From positions 1 to 44,576 of IMG/VR virus record IMGVR_UViG_3300032332_000389: 44,576 nucleotides of DNA, one strand, 5' to 3'. The notes under the pieces are model-generated. The model saw nothing but the letters and a program-made list of their open reading frames with translations, ran no database searches and was not told the DNA's origin. This document shows positions 1 through 10,146 of this stretch, one piece after another. The DNA is from a virus. Its lineage: Duplodnaviria > Caudoviricetes. Position numbers and translations under genes: made by a program. Each line of letters begins with the position of its first letter. Position 1 is the first letter of the stretch.

Positions 1-213
1 GGCCTGCATCACTATCTCAAACGCTGCCGCTGTGTCCGACTGGGCAAAACTACTTTTAGGTTTGGCAGCAGCTTTTTGGACTACGTCCTTGGCCTCAAAA
101 AACTTCATCAAGTCGCCAGAGACGGCCTGTATGTCCTTACCTAATGCAATGGCGGCTTTTACTCCTTTAATTGCCGCTTGGGCCGTAGCAAAGGCGGTAA
201 TTGGATCAAGCAT
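1..213 (-). CDS. Hypothetical phage protein, 3' end beyond window (MLDPITAFATAQAAIKGVKAAIALGKDIQ...)
   Basis: Hand-translated, not in ORF track; ATG at 213, open to the window edge, co-oriented with the virion module. Confidence 0.75.
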   Translation of the reverse strand, partial: MLDPITAFATAQAAIKGVKAAIALGKDIQAVSGDLMKFFEAKDVVQKAAAKPKSSFAQSDTAAAFEIVMQA

Positions 214-224
214 ATATTCATTTG

Positions 225-1319
225 TCAGGGGTAAATGGCATAGCTGCTATAACCTCTAACAGGAGTATCATTATCGCCTTGGCACACGGCAATAAATTTA
301 ATAGGTGATGTTGGTGAAACAGTTACATCAAGACCAGAATATCCGGCAAATGCTCCTGTAGACCATGTTGTTCCATTAGATGATGATGCATAAGAAAAAT
401 TACCATTGCCGCTATACCCAACAGTAACAAAAACACCGGCTGAGTTAACTGTTATTGCCGTTGGTACAAAAGCTGGTGTACTTAACCTGCCGGGAGTTGT
501 CCATGTTGATCCATCAGTTGATGTTGTATATGCACCATAAGTAAGATTTACAGAGCCATTCCCCCATCCAGTTGCTACAAACAAGTTAGAAGAATTAACA
601 GTAATATATGGAACAGTTATTGCATAAGAAGCGTTACTTGGTAAAGCAGTTGGCGTTGATGACCAAGTAGTTCCATTGGTAGATGTTGCATATACTCCAT
701 TACCAGCCCCAGAAGTAGCATACCCAACAGCAACAAACTTTCCAGAAGAGTTTACGGCTACACTGGTCATTCTGTAACCTGTAGCCCCTCCTAATTGAGC
801 AGGCACTGTCCAAGTATTACCATAATCAGAAGAATATGCATAAAGCGGCGTGTTGGTAGTGCTATTATCATAACCTACTGCTACAAATAATCCAGAAGAA
901 TTTACGGTAATCCCAGACATATAAGATGCGGTAGTTGTTCCACCCATAGCAGTTGGATTTGACCAATTAGTGCCATCAAATACTGCATATGCTGGATAAT
1001 TTGTTCCACTTAAATATCCAATAGCAACAAAAGAGTCATATGACCCAACATTATAAACAGCTATGTTTAATATAATAAAACCTGAAGTAAAGTTATTTAT
1101 TCTGGCTGGCGTTGTAAATGTTATTCCATCAGTAGAAGTGGAATAAAGTGGATATGCAGTGCCAGTAGATTCATAACCAACTACAACATATAGTCCGCGA
1201 GAGCTAACAGTTATTGCTGTTGCATTAAAAGTATTATTCCCGCCAATTACAGTTGGCGTTGTAAAAGCATTAAATGTTGGGGATGCTAAATAACCCAATG
1301 TGCGTGCAGCAAAAGTCAT
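225..1319 (-). CDS. Beta-propeller-like tail/receptor-binding protein
   Basis: Repeated blades (ITVNSSGxFVAVGY...YSTSTDGxTW, BNR/Asp-box-like); ATG at 1319 overlaps upstream TGA. Confidence 0.7.
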   Translation of the reverse strand: MTFAARTLGYLASPTFNAFTTPTVIGGNNTFNATAITVSSRGLYVVVGYESTGTAYPLYSTSTDGITFTTPARINNFTSGFIILNIAVYNVGSYDSFVAIGYLSGTNYPAYAVFDGTNWSNPTAMGGTTTASYMSGITVNSSGLFVAVGYDNSTTNTPLYAYSSDYGNTWTVPAQLGGATGYRMTSVAVNSSGKFVAVGYATSGAGNGVYATSTNGTTWSSTPTALPSNASYAITVPYITVNSSNLFVATGWGNGSVNLTYGAYTTSTDGSTWTTPGRLSTPAFVPTAITVNSAGVFVTVGYSGNGNFSYASSSNGTTWSTGAFAGYSGLDVTVSPTSPIKFIAVCQGDNDTPVRGYSSYAIYP

Positions 1320-2635
1320 GAGAATGCCTTTGCAAGTGAGGCATACCAAAAGCCTGTAGAGCTTCTGTATGTGGCTACTAATAAATCAACTGAACCTGCT
1401 GTAGTGCTTAATACTGGAACTATACCCCCTGACCATTTAAAGCTAGAAGGCCATATCATGGTGCGGCTACCTGTGCCATCTTGGGTAAGGAACCAATTAA
1501 TAGTTTGCCCATCCGTTGGACTGCTCATGGTGGGCGCTACTGCTATATTGGCAGTTAGCGTCATAGTAAAGACATTAGATAATGCGCAGTTAACCGTTGT
1601 AGCTCCAGCAGAAAAAGTTACTGCAACCGGCGTAGTTGATGCTCTAGCAAAAGTGGCTGCTGCTACAGTGGTTGCACCAATTGTCACATTGTCCATTGTG
1701 CCTACGGCGGCAGGATTAATGGCAAACGTATTAGCTGTGGTTAGCGGGCTAAGGTTAACAGATGCATTGGCATTCAATGCTGTAAACGATCCTGCTGCGC
1801 GGGTTGTAGCGCCTATGGTTACATTATCAATTGTGCTTGCACCGGCGGGGCTTATAACCAGTGTACCGGCAGTGGTTAGCGGGCTAAGGTTAACAGATGC
1901 ATTAGCATTTAATGTAGTGAAGGAACCTGCCGCTCTGGTTGTAGCCCCAATCGCCACGTTGTCTATAGAACTAACGCCAGCAGGGCTAATAACTAACGTA
2001 CCAGCCGTTGTTAGAGGACTTAGGTTAACGGCTGCATTAGCGTTCAGAGTAGTGAAGGAACCTGCCGCCCGCGTTGTTGCTCCTATTGCCACATTGTCCA
2101 TTGTGCTTGCACCGCCCGGACTAATAACCAATGTACCCGCAGTTGTTAGAGGGCTTAAATTTACATTGCCGCTTGCAGTTAATGTTGTGAAAGCTCCGGG
2201 GCCATTTGTACCAGAAATTTTTACGTAGTCTGAGCCGTTCCAAGCAATAACAACTCTTTCACCATCTACTAAAGTAATACCGGTAGTTGGAGTCACCCCG
2301 CGCACAGTGAGCAAAAACCCGCCTGTACCCGAGTTGTTGATTACATACTTCCGGCTGGATGCAGGTAAGTTAAGAGTACGTGCTGCCGTCTTGGCCCCGG
2401 TAATGTTCAATATTGCGTACTGCGCTGTAGTTGAGGTTATCCCCGTCACAGAGCTTGTACCCGCTGTATTAGCGAGGGTAACATCCGCCGTGGTTATAGA
2501 AACAGACAAACCTCCGGCAATGGCAATGTCCAAGTATGACGTTAAACCATTGTCTACAATTTCACCCCAAAGCCCAGACTCAGTGCCTGTTGTAATCAGT
2601 GGTAGGCTCAATAAAGAGCTAGGTGTAATAGTCAT
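1316..2635 (-). CDS. Tail fibre protein with internal 45-aa repeats
   Basis: T/G/A-rich; N-term 'LITTGTESGLWG' typical of podoviral fibre anchors; C-term 'LTQDGTGSRT..WP..FKW' module. Confidence 0.75.
   Translation of the reverse strand: MTITPSSLLSLPLITTGTESGLWGEIVDNGLTSYLDIAIAGGLSVSITTADVTLANTAGTSSVTGITSTTAQYAILNITGAKTAARTLNLPASSRKYVINNSGTGGFLLTVRGVTPTTGITLVDGERVVIAWNGSDYVKISGTNGPGAFTTLTASGNVNLSPLTTAGTLVISPGGASTMDNVAIGATTRAAGSFTTLNANAAVNLSPLTTAGTLVISPAGVSSIDNVAIGATTRAAGSFTTLNANASVNLSPLTTAGTLVISPAGASTIDNVTIGATTRAAGSFTALNANASVNLSPLTTANTFAINPAAVGTMDNVTIGATTVAAATFARASTTPVAVTFSAGATTVNCALSNVFTMTLTANIAVAPTMSSPTDGQTINWFLTQDGTGSRTMIWPSSFKWSGGIVPVLSTTAGSVDLLVATYRSSTGFWYASLAKAFS
1650..2190 (-). repeat. 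About 4 tandem 135-bp (45-aa) coding repeats
   Basis: NLSPLTTAGTLVISPAG.S.IDNV.IGATTRAAGSFTTLNA recurs 4 times; gtggttagcgggctaaggttaacagatgcatt recurs at 135-bp spacing; boundaries approximate. Confidence 0.85.
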
Positions 2636-2672
2636 AAGGTTTCCTTACTGTGTAGTTGGTTCATAATTTTAG

Positions 2673-4901
2673 CTACCTAAACATAAAAAAGAAGTTGCCA
2701 GTATTTGTTGCTGGTGGAGCGGTAAAAATCCAGCCGGTATTTCCACTGACGTTAGTGGAGTTTGCGCCAGCATACCAAGTAGCGCCACCTGTAGCAATTG
2801 AGTTTGTCAACGATAAGTAATTTGCGCTAACAGTGCCAGTTGCTTTGGACAGCGTATGGGTAGCTGCTGTAGCCGAGCTAATGGTCAACACATTACCAGC
2901 CGCACCACTTGCATTCCAATTTGTAAACGTACTGGTTGTTGCCGCAGTAAATAAGATAGACGTTGCGCCAGTTGCATTGTAGGTATTTGTTATGTTAGAA
3001 AAAGTGTTTGAGCCTGTTATGGTCAATGCGCCTGCGCCACCTTGGTCTAATGTAATGGTGCTATATGAAAAACCACCGCCTGCAAAAGTTTTTGCTGATG
3101 CGCTTGTAAGGCTAATTGAACCTGTTCCTGTTACCGTCAATCCTGTAGTAGTTGCGGTAGTCCAAACAGTACCTGTACCAGAACATATAACACTACCAAC
3201 ACCAAAAGCAAGTACTCTGGTAGCAGTACCTGTACCACTAAATAATCCTGTAGTTAAAGTTTTACCATTTAAATCAAGTGTGCCAGATGTTAATGTAGTT
3301 GTTCGTGTGGTTGCAGTTGTAAAATTATCTACCAACTGAACTGTTCCCGTTAAGTTGTCAATTGTTATTGGCTGGGTAAATGCAATATTGTTGCTTGTTA
3401 CTTGCTGAGTTGTTCTCCCAGAAAAAGTAATTGCTTGAGTTCCAGAAATTGTTGTTCCACTTCCGTTAAGCCAATTTCCGTAAACATTAGGGCCACCTGA
3501 AGCAGATAACGTCATTGCGCTTGTTCGTGCAGACATATCAAGCGTACCGATATTCCATCCAGCATTTACTGTTATTGTTCCGGTTACGCTACCGGTGTTA
3601 TCAAACACGGCAGTATCTTGAGCCAATGGGAAATTAGCCGCAGCAGGTGTTCCACCAGAAGATGTTGCCCATCCCGTAGCAGGCCAGCTTTGCGCACCAG
3701 CAAGATTCCAATAAACTGTTTTTGCTGCGGTAAAAGTTATTCCAGAATTGCCATAACAATTTCCAATAGACGTACCCGTCCAACTACCAGCACCAGCGCC
3801 TGTAATATCTTGAAAATCACAATAGGCAATAGCGACAGTTGCCGCTGTAATTGTTCTGGAGGTTCCTAATACATCTGAAATAAAAAATGTTCTTGCGTTA
3901 TAAGAGCCACTATTTGAAGTAAAAGTACCAGTAACAATTTGGTTTGCTGCAAATGATAATGTTTTAATTAAACTAGCTGGGCCAGAAATATTTAAGTTAA
4001 GAAAAGTATTAGCTCCTCTTATTGCTAGCGGACTAGTATTGGAACCGCCTGTAAAACCAACAGTGCTATAAGTAAGACCCCCACTATTAAAATTTGGCGA
4101 TGATGCTGTAAAGTTTATTGTTGAGGTTCCAGCGTTAAATGTAAGATTTGTTATAGTTGTAAAGTTCCAAGCCGTAGATGTTCCCGATAAAGTAATGGTA
4201 GAAGAACCTAAAGAAACTGATCTAGTAGAACTATTTGATGAATTAAAAGACGAACCTGTAAAAGCAAAATTTCCTGTACTAAACGTACCGCTGCTAACTG
4301 TAATTCCACCTGTTGAAGTTAATGCGCTACCAAGAGTCCAGCCGCCAGTACCAGTAAAAAAAATACTTGATGATAATGAAACACCATTAGTTGTAATAGT
4401 TTTTCCGGTAGTAGTAGATTGAAATGAAATTGGAGCAGTTGTTGACCAAACAGTTCCTGCTACCAAACTCATACTTCCATAAACATCAAGAGTAGGAGCA
4501 GTTCCATCTACAAAAGTAACCGTTCCAGCCGATACGGTTATATCAAGACAAACCAATGCCCCTGTGCAGGTAACGGTATAAGTTAATGCTTTATCAAAAA
4601 TTACTGAATCTGCTGAGGTTGGAACAGATGCTCCTATGGTCGCGGCTTGCATTGCTTGTGAGGCATAAGTACCGCCAACGGATACAACCCAAGTATTAAC
4701 TGCGCCTGATACAACTGTGCCAAGGCTAACGTAAGTGCTTGACCATACAGTCATTCCAGCAACCAATGCTGGTGAACCTGTTGTCGTTAAAGTAGTTCCT
4801 GAACAAGATGCTGTAAACGTCAATGCCGTGGCAGCACTCCATTTAGCAGTAGATGAAGTATCCCAAGTTCCAGTACCGCCAGCCCAATAACGATTTGCCA
4901 T
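2673..4901 (-). CDS. Tail spike / beta-helix-like virion protein
   Basis: 742 aa S/T/G-rich, two copies of a 'YW..G...W....W......G...P...D...FD' module. Confidence 0.7.
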   Translation of the reverse strand: MANRYWAGGTGTWDTSSTAKWSAATALTFTASCSGTTLTTTGSPALVAGMTVWSSTYVSLGTVVSGAVNTWVVSVGGTYASQAMQAATIGASVPTSADSVIFDKALTYTVTCTGALVCLDITVSAGTVTFVDGTAPTLDVYGSMSLVAGTVWSTTAPISFQSTTTGKTITTNGVSLSSSIFFTGTGGWTLGSALTSTGGITVSSGTFSTGNFAFTGSSFNSSNSSTRSVSLGSSTITLSGTSTAWNFTTITNLTFNAGTSTINFTASSPNFNSGGLTYSTVGFTGGSNTSPLAIRGANTFLNLNISGPASLIKTLSFAANQIVTGTFTSNSGSYNARTFFISDVLGTSRTITAATVAIAYCDFQDITGAGAGSWTGTSIGNCYGNSGITFTAAKTVYWNLAGAQSWPATGWATSSGGTPAAANFPLAQDTAVFDNTGSVTGTITVNAGWNIGTLDMSARTSAMTLSASGGPNVYGNWLNGSGTTISGTQAITFSGRTTQQVTSNNIAFTQPITIDNLTGTVQLVDNFTTATTRTTTLTSGTLDLNGKTLTTGLFSGTGTATRVLAFGVGSVICSGTGTVWTTATTTGLTVTGTGSISLTSASAKTFAGGGFSYSTITLDQGGAGALTITGSNTFSNITNTYNATGATSILFTAATTSTFTNWNASGAAGNVLTISSATAATHTLSKATGTVSANYLSLTNSIATGGATWYAGANSTNVSGNTGWIFTAPPATNTGNFFFMFR

Positions 4902-4904
4902 GCT

Positions 4905-5066
4905 TTACTCCGCAGGAGGAGCAGTGATAACAACAATCCAGTTATCCAGACGCTGCTGTTTCATGGCATCCAACTCAGCATCACTCAAGCCGTGATCATC
5001 AGGCAGCACCAAAGCGTCCCGGAACGTGCCGTACTGTGTGTCAAATTCAAATTCAATGCTTACCAT
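4905..5066 (-). CDS. Small hypothetical protein (53 aa, MVSIEFEFDTQYGTFRDALVLPDD...)
   Basis: Hand-translated; AAGGAG RBS upstream; fills the gap between neighbours. Confidence 0.75.
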   Translation of the reverse strand: MVSIEFEFDTQYGTFRDALVLPDDHGLSDAELDAMKQQRLDNWIVVITAPPAE

Positions 5067-5076
5067 GTCATGCTCC

Positions 5077-5451
5077 TTATGCGGATGCTACGCAGCGCCA
5101 TTTGCTGGTTGCCACGTTCCAAACAAAACCCACATCCAAACGAGCCGTGGTGACCGTGGTTGAGGGTAAGGTAACCGTGGACGATTCAAACGACGCGCCC
5201 CAAGTGATGGCGATAGCGCCTGTACCGGTGATTGCAATCCACAGCTTTTGCCCGTTGGTTGCTGTGCCGGTTAAATTGGTAGTGAAAGATGTAATGGCTA
5301 CGGTCTGACCCGTAATCACCATCATGTCATAGTTGTCGGTGTTAAGCGTAGGTGTTGCACTATTAGCAGTGCTTGCCAATACCCGTGGCACTACCGCACC
5401 AGTAGTGCTGGTGTTTTCAGCAAAGAAAGATAGATTACGGGGTATGCTCAT
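5077..5451 (-). CDS. Tail-associated hypothetical protein
   Basis: Operonic ORF, T-rich, C-term 'W...SKWRCVA' fibre-tip-like motif. Confidence 0.65.
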   Translation of the reverse strand: MSIPRNLSFFAENTSTTGAVVPRVLASTANSATPTLNTDNYDMMVITGQTVAITSFTTNLTGTATNGQKLWIAITGTGAIAITWGASFESSTVTLPSTTVTTARLDVGFVWNVATSKWRCVASA

Positions 5452-5651
5452 GATTCAATCCATTGTTCTTCATTTTGGCCCCATACCCAATTGCCTTCTG
5501 GCTTTACCGGGCGGACTACCCAACCCGGTGGATACCACCAGACAACCTCGTACCCTTCTGCTACAGGGCTTGGTGGGTAACCCACCTCTATCCAGCCCTC
5601 AGTGCCGTCGGTGTCTGTTTTAGGAATTGAGCCAAGTTTTGAGTAAAGCAT
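5448..5651 (-). CDS. Small Trp/Pro-rich tail fibre assembly-like protein
   Basis: RBS AAGGA, ATGA overlap with next gene, 'W.W...EEQW' C-terminus. Confidence 0.6.
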   Translation of the reverse strand: MLYSKLGSIPKTDTDGTEGWIEVGYPPSPVAEGYEVVWWYPPGWVVRPVKPEGNWVWGQNEEQWIES

Positions 5652-5659
5652 ATTTATCC

Positions 5660-7132
5660 TTACTGATTAGGAAATGCTTGTTGCGGGGCGGTAAAGTTTG
5701 CTGTGTACCTAGCAACGCCTTTGGTAATCCGCAGATCATCAACATAGCCGTTAAGCGGAGTAGTCCCCGTCCTGCTAGCCCCAACGTACATGATGCTTGT
5801 TTGGTTAAAGTTGTCTGTTACCGCGCCCGCGCTAGTTGCATCCGCCGTCCCATTAAGGTAGATTTTCAGGTTTCCAGTTCCGCTACCAGATCGCACTACT
5901 GCAAAATGATACCAAGTAGACGCAGCCAACGCGGTTGCCCCTGTTAACACAGTCGCTGTATAGCTAAACTGCAATAAATTTCCCGTAGTTGTGTTAACGC
6001 TCCACCCGGTAGCTGCTGCACCTTTACTTACAACAGCATAGGCAACACCAGCCGTTGATATGTACATCCAACCTTCAATCGTAAAATCACCTGTGCCAAG
6101 CTGTAAAGCAGGTCTATCTAATGCGGTTAGCCAATTCCCCGTACCAAATGACAACGACCCTGTTCCGTATTTATATATAGCGGTGGAAATTTGTGCTGAA
6201 CCAACAGTAGTGAAATCGTTAAGCATGGAATTATCATAAATTCCTGCGTTTGTATAGTTGTAAAGTAATGAGGTAGCCGTTCCAGTAATAGCCGCAATGT
6301 TTGTTCCCGCGCTTTGAGTTGCAGCTAATGGGGCTGTTGGTGGGGTAAAAGCACCCGTATATACACCAACACCTTTAACAATCCTTACATTACTAAGATA
6401 GCCAGCAAAAGGTGAAGCTGTATTTGCGCCGCCAGCAGTACCTACATAAAGAGCGGCAGTACCTGAGAAATTTAATGACCGGGTAACTGCTAATGCTGAT
6501 ACACCATTTACATAAAATGTTTCAACCCCACTAATTCTTACCCACGCAACGTGACCCCATGCGCCAACAAGAGTATTAGTTACTGTTGTTGATATTGTAG
6601 ACATAGTTGTCCAGCCGCCAAATTCTAATCCACCAGCATTAGTATCTATATTCCAAAAAGTATTTCCTGATGAATAACCAGTACCTAAATTTCCCAATAT
6701 CCTATTAGTGGAAGCAACAGAATTAAAATTAATCCAAAACTCAACAGTAAAGTCACCAGTGCCAAATGTGTATACGGCGTTGGAAGGGGTAGCAAGATAA
6801 CTAGAGCCGTCAAAATATGCTGATCCGCCGATAACACTGGCTTGGTACGGAGGGGTAACTCCAAATGGACTATAAGTGCCTTGAGTAACAGTCCCGGTGC
6901 GGGTAACAGTAGCCGCAACAGTGCTGCTATCTAAAAACGTGTTATTTTGAGCGCCGTTAGTTCCATCTCCGTGAAGCAAGGTAGAAACACTAGACCAATA
7001 TTGGTCAATCGAAGGCCAAGCAGAATTAATTAACTGAGCAACTTCTGTTTGTTTCCAAATGCCATACGCTGCCGCGCTAGATGAACTAGCAGCAGTAGAC
7101 GAAATGATTGAACCCTTGTACCGATTGGACAT
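5660..7132 (-). CDS. LamG/concanavalin A-like lectin domain virion protein (two domains)
   Basis: Two 'GTGDFT(V/I)E.W...W.H.A.VR......Y.NG...G(Y)...RI.KG' LamG signatures. Confidence 0.85.
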   Translation of the reverse strand: MSNRYKGSIISSTAASSSSAAAYGIWKQTEVAQLINSAWPSIDQYWSSVSTLLHGDGTNGAQNNTFLDSSTVAATVTRTGTVTQGTYSPFGVTPPYQASVIGGSAYFDGSSYLATPSNAVYTFGTGDFTVEFWINFNSVASTNRILGNLGTGYSSGNTFWNIDTNAGGLEFGGWTTMSTISTTVTNTLVGAWGHVAWVRISGVETFYVNGVSALAVTRSLNFSGTAALYVGTAGGANTASPFAGYLSNVRIVKGVGVYTGAFTPPTAPLAATQSAGTNIAAITGTATSLLYNYTNAGIYDNSMLNDFTTVGSAQISTAIYKYGTGSLSFGTGNWLTALDRPALQLGTGDFTIEGWMYISTAGVAYAVVSKGAAATGWSVNTTTGNLLQFSYTATVLTGATALAASTWYHFAVVRSGSGTGNLKIYLNGTADATSAGAVTDNFNQTSIMYVGASRTGTTPLNGYVDDLRITKGVARYTANFTAPQQAFPNQ

Positions 7133-7524
7133 TAGCTAATCGCCTCGTAAGACGTTGTAAAAGTAATGGCGTTTGCCGTACCAGATGTTACGCTTATAGA
7201 TGTTCCCTCTTGCAAGTAGAAAGATGTGCTTTTATCCACCACCACAACCGCTGAATTTCCCGGAACCGGCACTTGATAAATAATTGGGTAAGCTGTACCG
7301 CCAGAAGGCGCAGAACCTTGGGCCACAGCGCCATTGGTGTAGATAGATACGGTAGCGTTTGCAGTAGCGCCTGTCACATTTGCCGCAACCACGTTGTCAA
7401 TTTTATTAACTACTCCTGAAGCTGCGGCGTTAGCCAACAATACCACTGCTGTAGTTCCAGATGGGGTGTAATACGTTGTAGTGCCGTAAATGGCTGTTAC
7501 GTTAACTATATTTGGGTTTGCCAT
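7132..7524 (-). CDS. Virion structural protein
   Basis: RBS GAGGA; 'MANPNIVNVT.I.G...SYEAIS' type typical of such tail modules. Confidence 0.7.
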   Translation of the reverse strand: MANPNIVNVTAIYGTTTYYTPSGTTAVVLLANAAASGVVNKIDNVVAANVTGATANATVSIYTNGAVAQGSAPSGGTAYPIIYQVPVPGNSAVVVVDKSTSFYLQEGTSISVTSGTANAITFTTSYEAIS

Positions 7525-7533
7525 GTTTGTTCC

Positions 7534-8250
7534 TCAATAACCGAAGATAAGCGCCATTGCGATACTCTTGCCTGTGGTGACTCCGGTCACCGAAGTGGTG
7601 ATAACCAATGCCTCCACAATATCGCCCACCGCGCAAGCGATACCAAGGGTAAAGCCTGTGCCGCTGGTAGCAGTGTAGTCCGAGGTAGCCAGCAAAACAC
7701 CGTTTACATAGACTTGGAGATAGCCCACTGCGTAGGTAACTGTAAACGCTGTCTGCCCAGCCGTAGCGGTAAATGATGTGCGGGTATATGCGCTACTACT
7801 ACCACTAGGAGCGGCAGAAGTCCAGATTGATCCATTGGACGTTAAAACATTGCCGTTTGTTCCGGGTGCGCTAAGTCCTGTTCCGCCGCTTGAAGCTGGC
7901 AAGATGGAGCTATTTGTCGCTGTTAGTACCGTGCCATTGGCATAGATAGAGCGCCCTGCTGGGTAAGTTACAAATACGTCTTTTGTCCCAGCCGATAGGG
8001 TGACTACGGAACCACTGTTACTTGATGCAAGGATTGTATCGCGGGAAAGGGTTGTGCCAGATGCGGTGTATGTCCCAATCCCAACTTCCCATTCGGAGCC
8101 AGTCTGGCCTGCAATGGTGTAATAAGTTGTGTTGGCGTTGCCTACTGCCGCAAAAGACTGATAGCCTGTAGACGCGCCTAATAGCGTTACTGCTCCAGTA
8201 CCTGTTGTGGTAGTTGTTTCTTTAACGCGATCTGCTAGTACAAGCGCCAT
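7534..8250 (-). CDS. Tail fibre-related protein
   Basis: 'MALVLADRVKET...WEVGIGTY...TLSR' N-domain plus 'FTATAGQT.F...VYVNGV.L...DYTA' domain. Confidence 0.75.
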   Translation of the reverse strand: MALVLADRVKETTTTTGTGAVTLLGASTGYQSFAAVGNANTTYYTIAGQTGSEWEVGIGTYTASGTTLSRDTILASSNSGSVVTLSAGTKDVFVTYPAGRSIYANGTVLTATNSSILPASSGGTGLSAPGTNGNVLTSNGSIWTSAAPSGSSSAYTRTSFTATAGQTAFTVTYAVGYLQVYVNGVLLATSDYTATSGTGFTLGIACAVGDIVEALVITTSVTGVTTGKSIAMALIFGY

Positions 8251-8258
8251 TTTTTATC

Positions 8259-9128
8259 CTATACCGTTGTTTCTATCAATACCCAGTCTGCACTTTCTGA
8301 GTTATCAATTAAGGCCCAGCTTGCTGTTTGCGTGTTTGAAATATTTTGCCAATCTGCATTTTGGCTATCGTCTATTAATCTCCAATAAACAGGAATAATA
8401 GTCCCAACAGCACCGTTTGCTTGTACCCCTGTCAGGGCATTTATAAAACTTTTGCCAACAGACCCAATAGTACCCGAAGCCTGCGCCCCAGTCAAAGTAG
8501 GAGAAATATCTTTAGCTACACTACCTACTGCTCCGGAAGCCACAACACCAGTCAAGGCTTTTGTAATGTTTACACCAACAGTTCCTAAGCTACCAATTGC
8601 TTGGTTACCTGTAATTTCCTTTGTTTGGCTGTAAGCAACTGATCCTACTGCCCCAGAAGCTTGAACACCGGTAAGGGCAACTACTATCCCACCATTGGCT
8701 ACTGTCCCAACAGAGCCGGTAGCCAAGACACTAGTTAGAGCCGCCGCCCCAGACGAAGAGGTTGCGGCAACTGTTCCTACTGAACCTGATGCCTGAACAC
8801 CAGATAAAGCAAATGAAAAGGCAAAAGCAACAGTACCTAATGAACCTTGCGCCTGAACACCGGTCAGTGCAACGGAACAACTTGGGACTACTGTACCTGC
8901 CGAACCTAATGCCTGAACACCAGTTAATGCAACCGTTACGTTAGAAGATACCGCAGTAACTGTACCAACAGAACCTGATGCTTGAACGCCAGATAAAGCA
9001 ACCGAGACATTAACAGCTACTGTCCCAACCGAACCTGATGCTTCTACCCCTGTTATGGCAACAGTTGTCTGCGCCCCCCCGGCAAGACTAGAGAAGGGGA
9101 CTTCTGAAAACGCTGATATACCAAACAT
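8259..9128 (-). CDS. Repeat-rich virion protein
   Basis: About 11 copies of 'ALTGVQASGSVGTV' between MFGISAFSE.PF and Trp-repeat C-terminus. Confidence 0.75.
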   Translation of the reverse strand: MFGISAFSEVPFSSLAGGAQTTVAITGVEASGSVGTVAVNVSVALSGVQASGSVGTVTAVSSNVTVALTGVQALGSAGTVVPSCSVALTGVQAQGSLGTVAFAFSFALSGVQASGSVGTVAATSSSGAAALTSVLATGSVGTVANGGIVVALTGVQASGAVGSVAYSQTKEITGNQAIGSLGTVGVNITKALTGVVASGAVGSVAKDISPTLTGAQASGTIGSVGKSFINALTGVQANGAVGTIIPVYWRLIDDSQNADWQNISNTQTASWALIDNSESADWVLIETTV

Positions 9129-9153
9129 GGCTTACGGCATACGCCGCCTCTGT

Positions 9154-9645
9154 TTAGGTTGTCGCTAAACGAATCAGCGCAGCAGCCGTGGTATTAGCAG
9201 GCATTGTTAACGTAAAGGTTCCAGCAGTGATGGACTGTGAACCAAACGTATGGACACTGATTGCCTTGCCACTTTGAGTAGAGTTGTAAATTAATACTGC
9301 ATCAAATGCAGTTGCTAATGTTACGTTTGTATAAACAATACTTGCAGATGGTGTCCAGTAACCTACACCTGCCGTAGTAGATGAGTTGGTAGATGTTGGA
9401 GCCGTAGCATTAGTTACTGTTGCCCCGCCAGCAGTGTAATTAGTACCAGTTACTTCGCCAGTAGTTGAATATACAGTGGTACTAGCGTTTAAAGTAGCTG
9501 AAGCCAAATACAACGCAGCTTTTACCGTGTCGGTAGTAGGCGAGGTCAAGCTAGTGCGAGAAACAATAGTAGAAGCGCCAAGCTGGTGCTGGCCCAACAT
9601 CAGTTCACCAAGGAACGAAGTAGCCATTGATTGAGTATTAGCGAT
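9154..9645 (-). CDS. Virion structural protein (paralogue of 10335-10751); probable ATC start at 9645, first ATG at 9627
   Basis: RBS AAGAAAGGA 6 nt before ATC GCT AAT ACT CAA; N-terminus then aligns without gaps to the paralogue. Confidence 0.75.
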   Translation of the reverse strand: MANTQSMATSFLGELMLGQHQLGASTIVSRTSLTSPTTDTVKAALYLASATLNASTTVYSTTGEVTGTNYTAGGATVTNATAPTSTNSSTTAGVGYWTPSASIVYTNVTLATAFDAVLIYNSTQSGKAISVHTFGSQSITAGTFTLTMPANTTAAALIRLATT

Positions 9646-9663
9646 GATGGTTCCTTTCTTGGG

Positions 9664-10134
9664 CTATACCCAATTTACATTTTTTACTTGATGCGATTGA
9701 TTACCGCTTCTGATAAAGCTTATATGCCCTTGAGAAACGCCAAGCGCCGCAGCAATTTCTCGCTGCAATCCCGGTGCTATTTTTGCAAATTCAACTTGGG
9801 CATTTGTTAGCTTTGCCCTACCATGCAATTCACCAACACGCATACGCAATTTTCTTTTTGCGTCTTGCATGTTTTCTTTTCTTGTGCCAAGGCTTAAATG
9901 CTCTGGGTTTACACAAGCGGGAGTATCGCACGCATGCATTACGTCCCTTTGATCCAATAAACCTGTAAACAACCTGTAAGAAGCACGATGTGCAAGTTCG
10001 TGTCTTGTGGGTGTTCTAAACAATCCATAGCCGTTTTTCATGCGGTACGCAGTCCATAACCAACAGCCGTTTTCCGCTTTATGCACTTTTTGCATGAAAC
10101 GTTCACTTTCCGGCATTTTTGGTTTACCCGCCAC
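9664..10134 (-). mobile_element. Free-standing HNH homing endonuclease with C-terminal HTH
   Basis: CWLW...GYG...AHRASY...VMHACDTPACVNPEHL.LGT..EN..D signature. Confidence 0.9.
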
Positions 10135-10146
10135 AATGATTTTTCC

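Noticed and set aside
1371-2666. Long plus-strand ORFs opposite tail fibre genes (also 2992-3339, 16505-17101, 43051-43506 and similar)
   Set aside because: Antisense shadows of T/G/A/V-rich coding sequence; no RBS or recognisable domains.
225-9128. Diversity-generating retroelement or invertible tail cassette
   Set aside because: No reverse transcriptase, invertase or adenine-specific TR/VR pair seen; the repeats are ordinary coding repeats.
9627-10140. HNH as a self-splicing intron
   Set aside because: No room or signatures for a group I/II core, and joining the junctions does not restore an in-frame ATG GCT.
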